A DNA stretch of 24,153 nucleotides, from positions 1-24,153 of the forward strand of contig JBIOIY010000047.1 in assembly GCA_044450345.1 (NCBI GenBank), written 5' to 3'. Each line of letters starts with the position of its first letter. The stretch's first letter is position 1. The notes under the pieces are model-generated. The model had not been told where the DNA came from and searched no databases. It worked only from the letters and a program-made list of their open reading frames with translations. The position numbers and the translations under genes are program-made. This DNA comes from Thermodesulfovibrionales bacterium. GTDB taxonomy: Bacteria > Nitrospirota > Thermodesulfovibrionia > Thermodesulfovibrionales > UBA6898. Of the stretch, positions 23,495 through 24,153 are shown in pieces.

Positions 23495-23737
23495 TTAGAC
23501 AAACAAAATAGAAATCTGAATATAAATTACGTAAAGGCGCGTGAAATAGGCGATCACGGTTACGCGCATATCCGATATCTCTTCCGACAGCACTTTGATA
23601 ACATTATCCAGGCCGCCGCCTCTATGCAGCGATTCGTAGATTTGTTTTAAGTCTTTCAGCTCACGAGCTTTTTTGACATATATCCCGCAAGAAATGAAGC
23701 TAATTGCGATGCTGATAAGAAGTAAAACAGCCATCAT
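23495..23737 (-). CDS. Small hypothetical membrane protein (hydrophobic N- and C-termini)
   Basis: 80-aa ORF with AAGGAG upstream. No family recognised. Confidence 0.5.
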   Translation of the reverse strand: MMAVLLLISIAISFISCGIYVKKARELKDLKQIYESLHRGGGLDNVIKVLSEEISDMRVTVIAYFTRLYVIYIQISILFV

Positions 23738-24051
23738 GGAGAGGAAACTCCTTTATGGATAAACTCTGAGAAATATTATTTTTGCAGTGGGGGATGAAAG
23801 CGAGGTAGGGAGACCATTAATGCCGGTATGATTAGATCGGCAGTTGTATTTTATCGCCGAATGTTATCATTATGTAGTTGCGCATCGAGGAAATGCCCGC
23901 TGTCGTTATCACGGGAACCGGCAACGGGGATGAGAGTCCTTAAATGAGCAGACATTTCAAGGCACTATGTAACATTTGTCGATTTTCTACGTCAGATGCA
24001 GCCAAGCTTGATTAGAAAGAGTTATTGTTAAGAAAAGGCATTTTATATATA

Positions 24052-24153
24052 ATGTTACCTACGAGATATTCAGCGAATACGAACAAAAAGACCATTCTGC
24101 TCATCGACGACGATAAATCTGTACATCTGAGTCTCAAGATGGTGTTCGATAGC
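24052..24153 (+). CDS. 5' part of a response-regulator receiver-domain protein, truncated by the window edge
   Basis: MLPTRYSANTNKKTILLIDDDKSVHLSLKMVFDS: ILLIDDD plus helix 1 of a REC domain. Start codon uncertain. Confidence 0.7.
   Translation, partial: MLPTRYSANTNKKTILLIDDDKSVHLSLKMVFDS

Larger units (their letters stand above)
20348..24153. mobile_element. Left part of an integrative element (genomic island or prophage) at the tRNA-Arg 3' end; continues beyond the window
   Basis: Integrase pointing toward the tRNA, Xis-like gene, and a visibly more AT-rich composition from about 20350 onward. The second att copy is not in the window. Confidence 0.8.

Noticed and set aside
23780..24050. 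Possible riboswitch or operator upstream of the response regulator
   Set aside because: No recognisable aptamer consensus or convincing repeated palindrome.

Overview
Mostly core chromosome of an anaerobic-type bacterium (gene style suggests Nitrospirota/Deltaproteobacteria-like; inference only), ending in the left part of an AT-rich integrative element. Order: membrane hypothetical, tatA and amtB (minus; amtB has sigma-54 promoters and three CTACA-N4-TGTAG palindromes upstream), lgt, ilvA, an OB-fold protein, then a trehalose cluster (DUF5752-like, treT, treZ, GH57/DUF3536, treY). In that cluster the original co-directional GH57 gene survives only as a 9-codon stump and an inverted full-length copy sits in its place. 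Next come Fe/Mn SOD, a radical SAM/SPASM gene, a Cys-rich protein, a ferritin-like protein, a His-containing membrane protein, tRNA-Ser(GCT), a Pro/Gly-repeat lipoprotein and tRNA-Arg(ACG). The element at tRNA-Arg carries a tyrosine integrase with a zinc-ribbon insertion, an intact IS630, an Xis-like HTH gene and the start of a response regulator. The top finding is an unannotated 20-codon ORF, MTIRKVQKKSALTCKCKSSC (16498-16560, minus). It has a good RBS and lies between the radical SAM/SPASM gene and its terminator, making it a candidate minimal RiPP (ranthi/sactipeptide-like) precursor. Just upstream of that operon is a candidate ~100-nt sRNA with four AUCCCC motifs. Intergenic spaces also hold relics of cardiolipin synthase, HAD hydrolase and DUF5752 genes.
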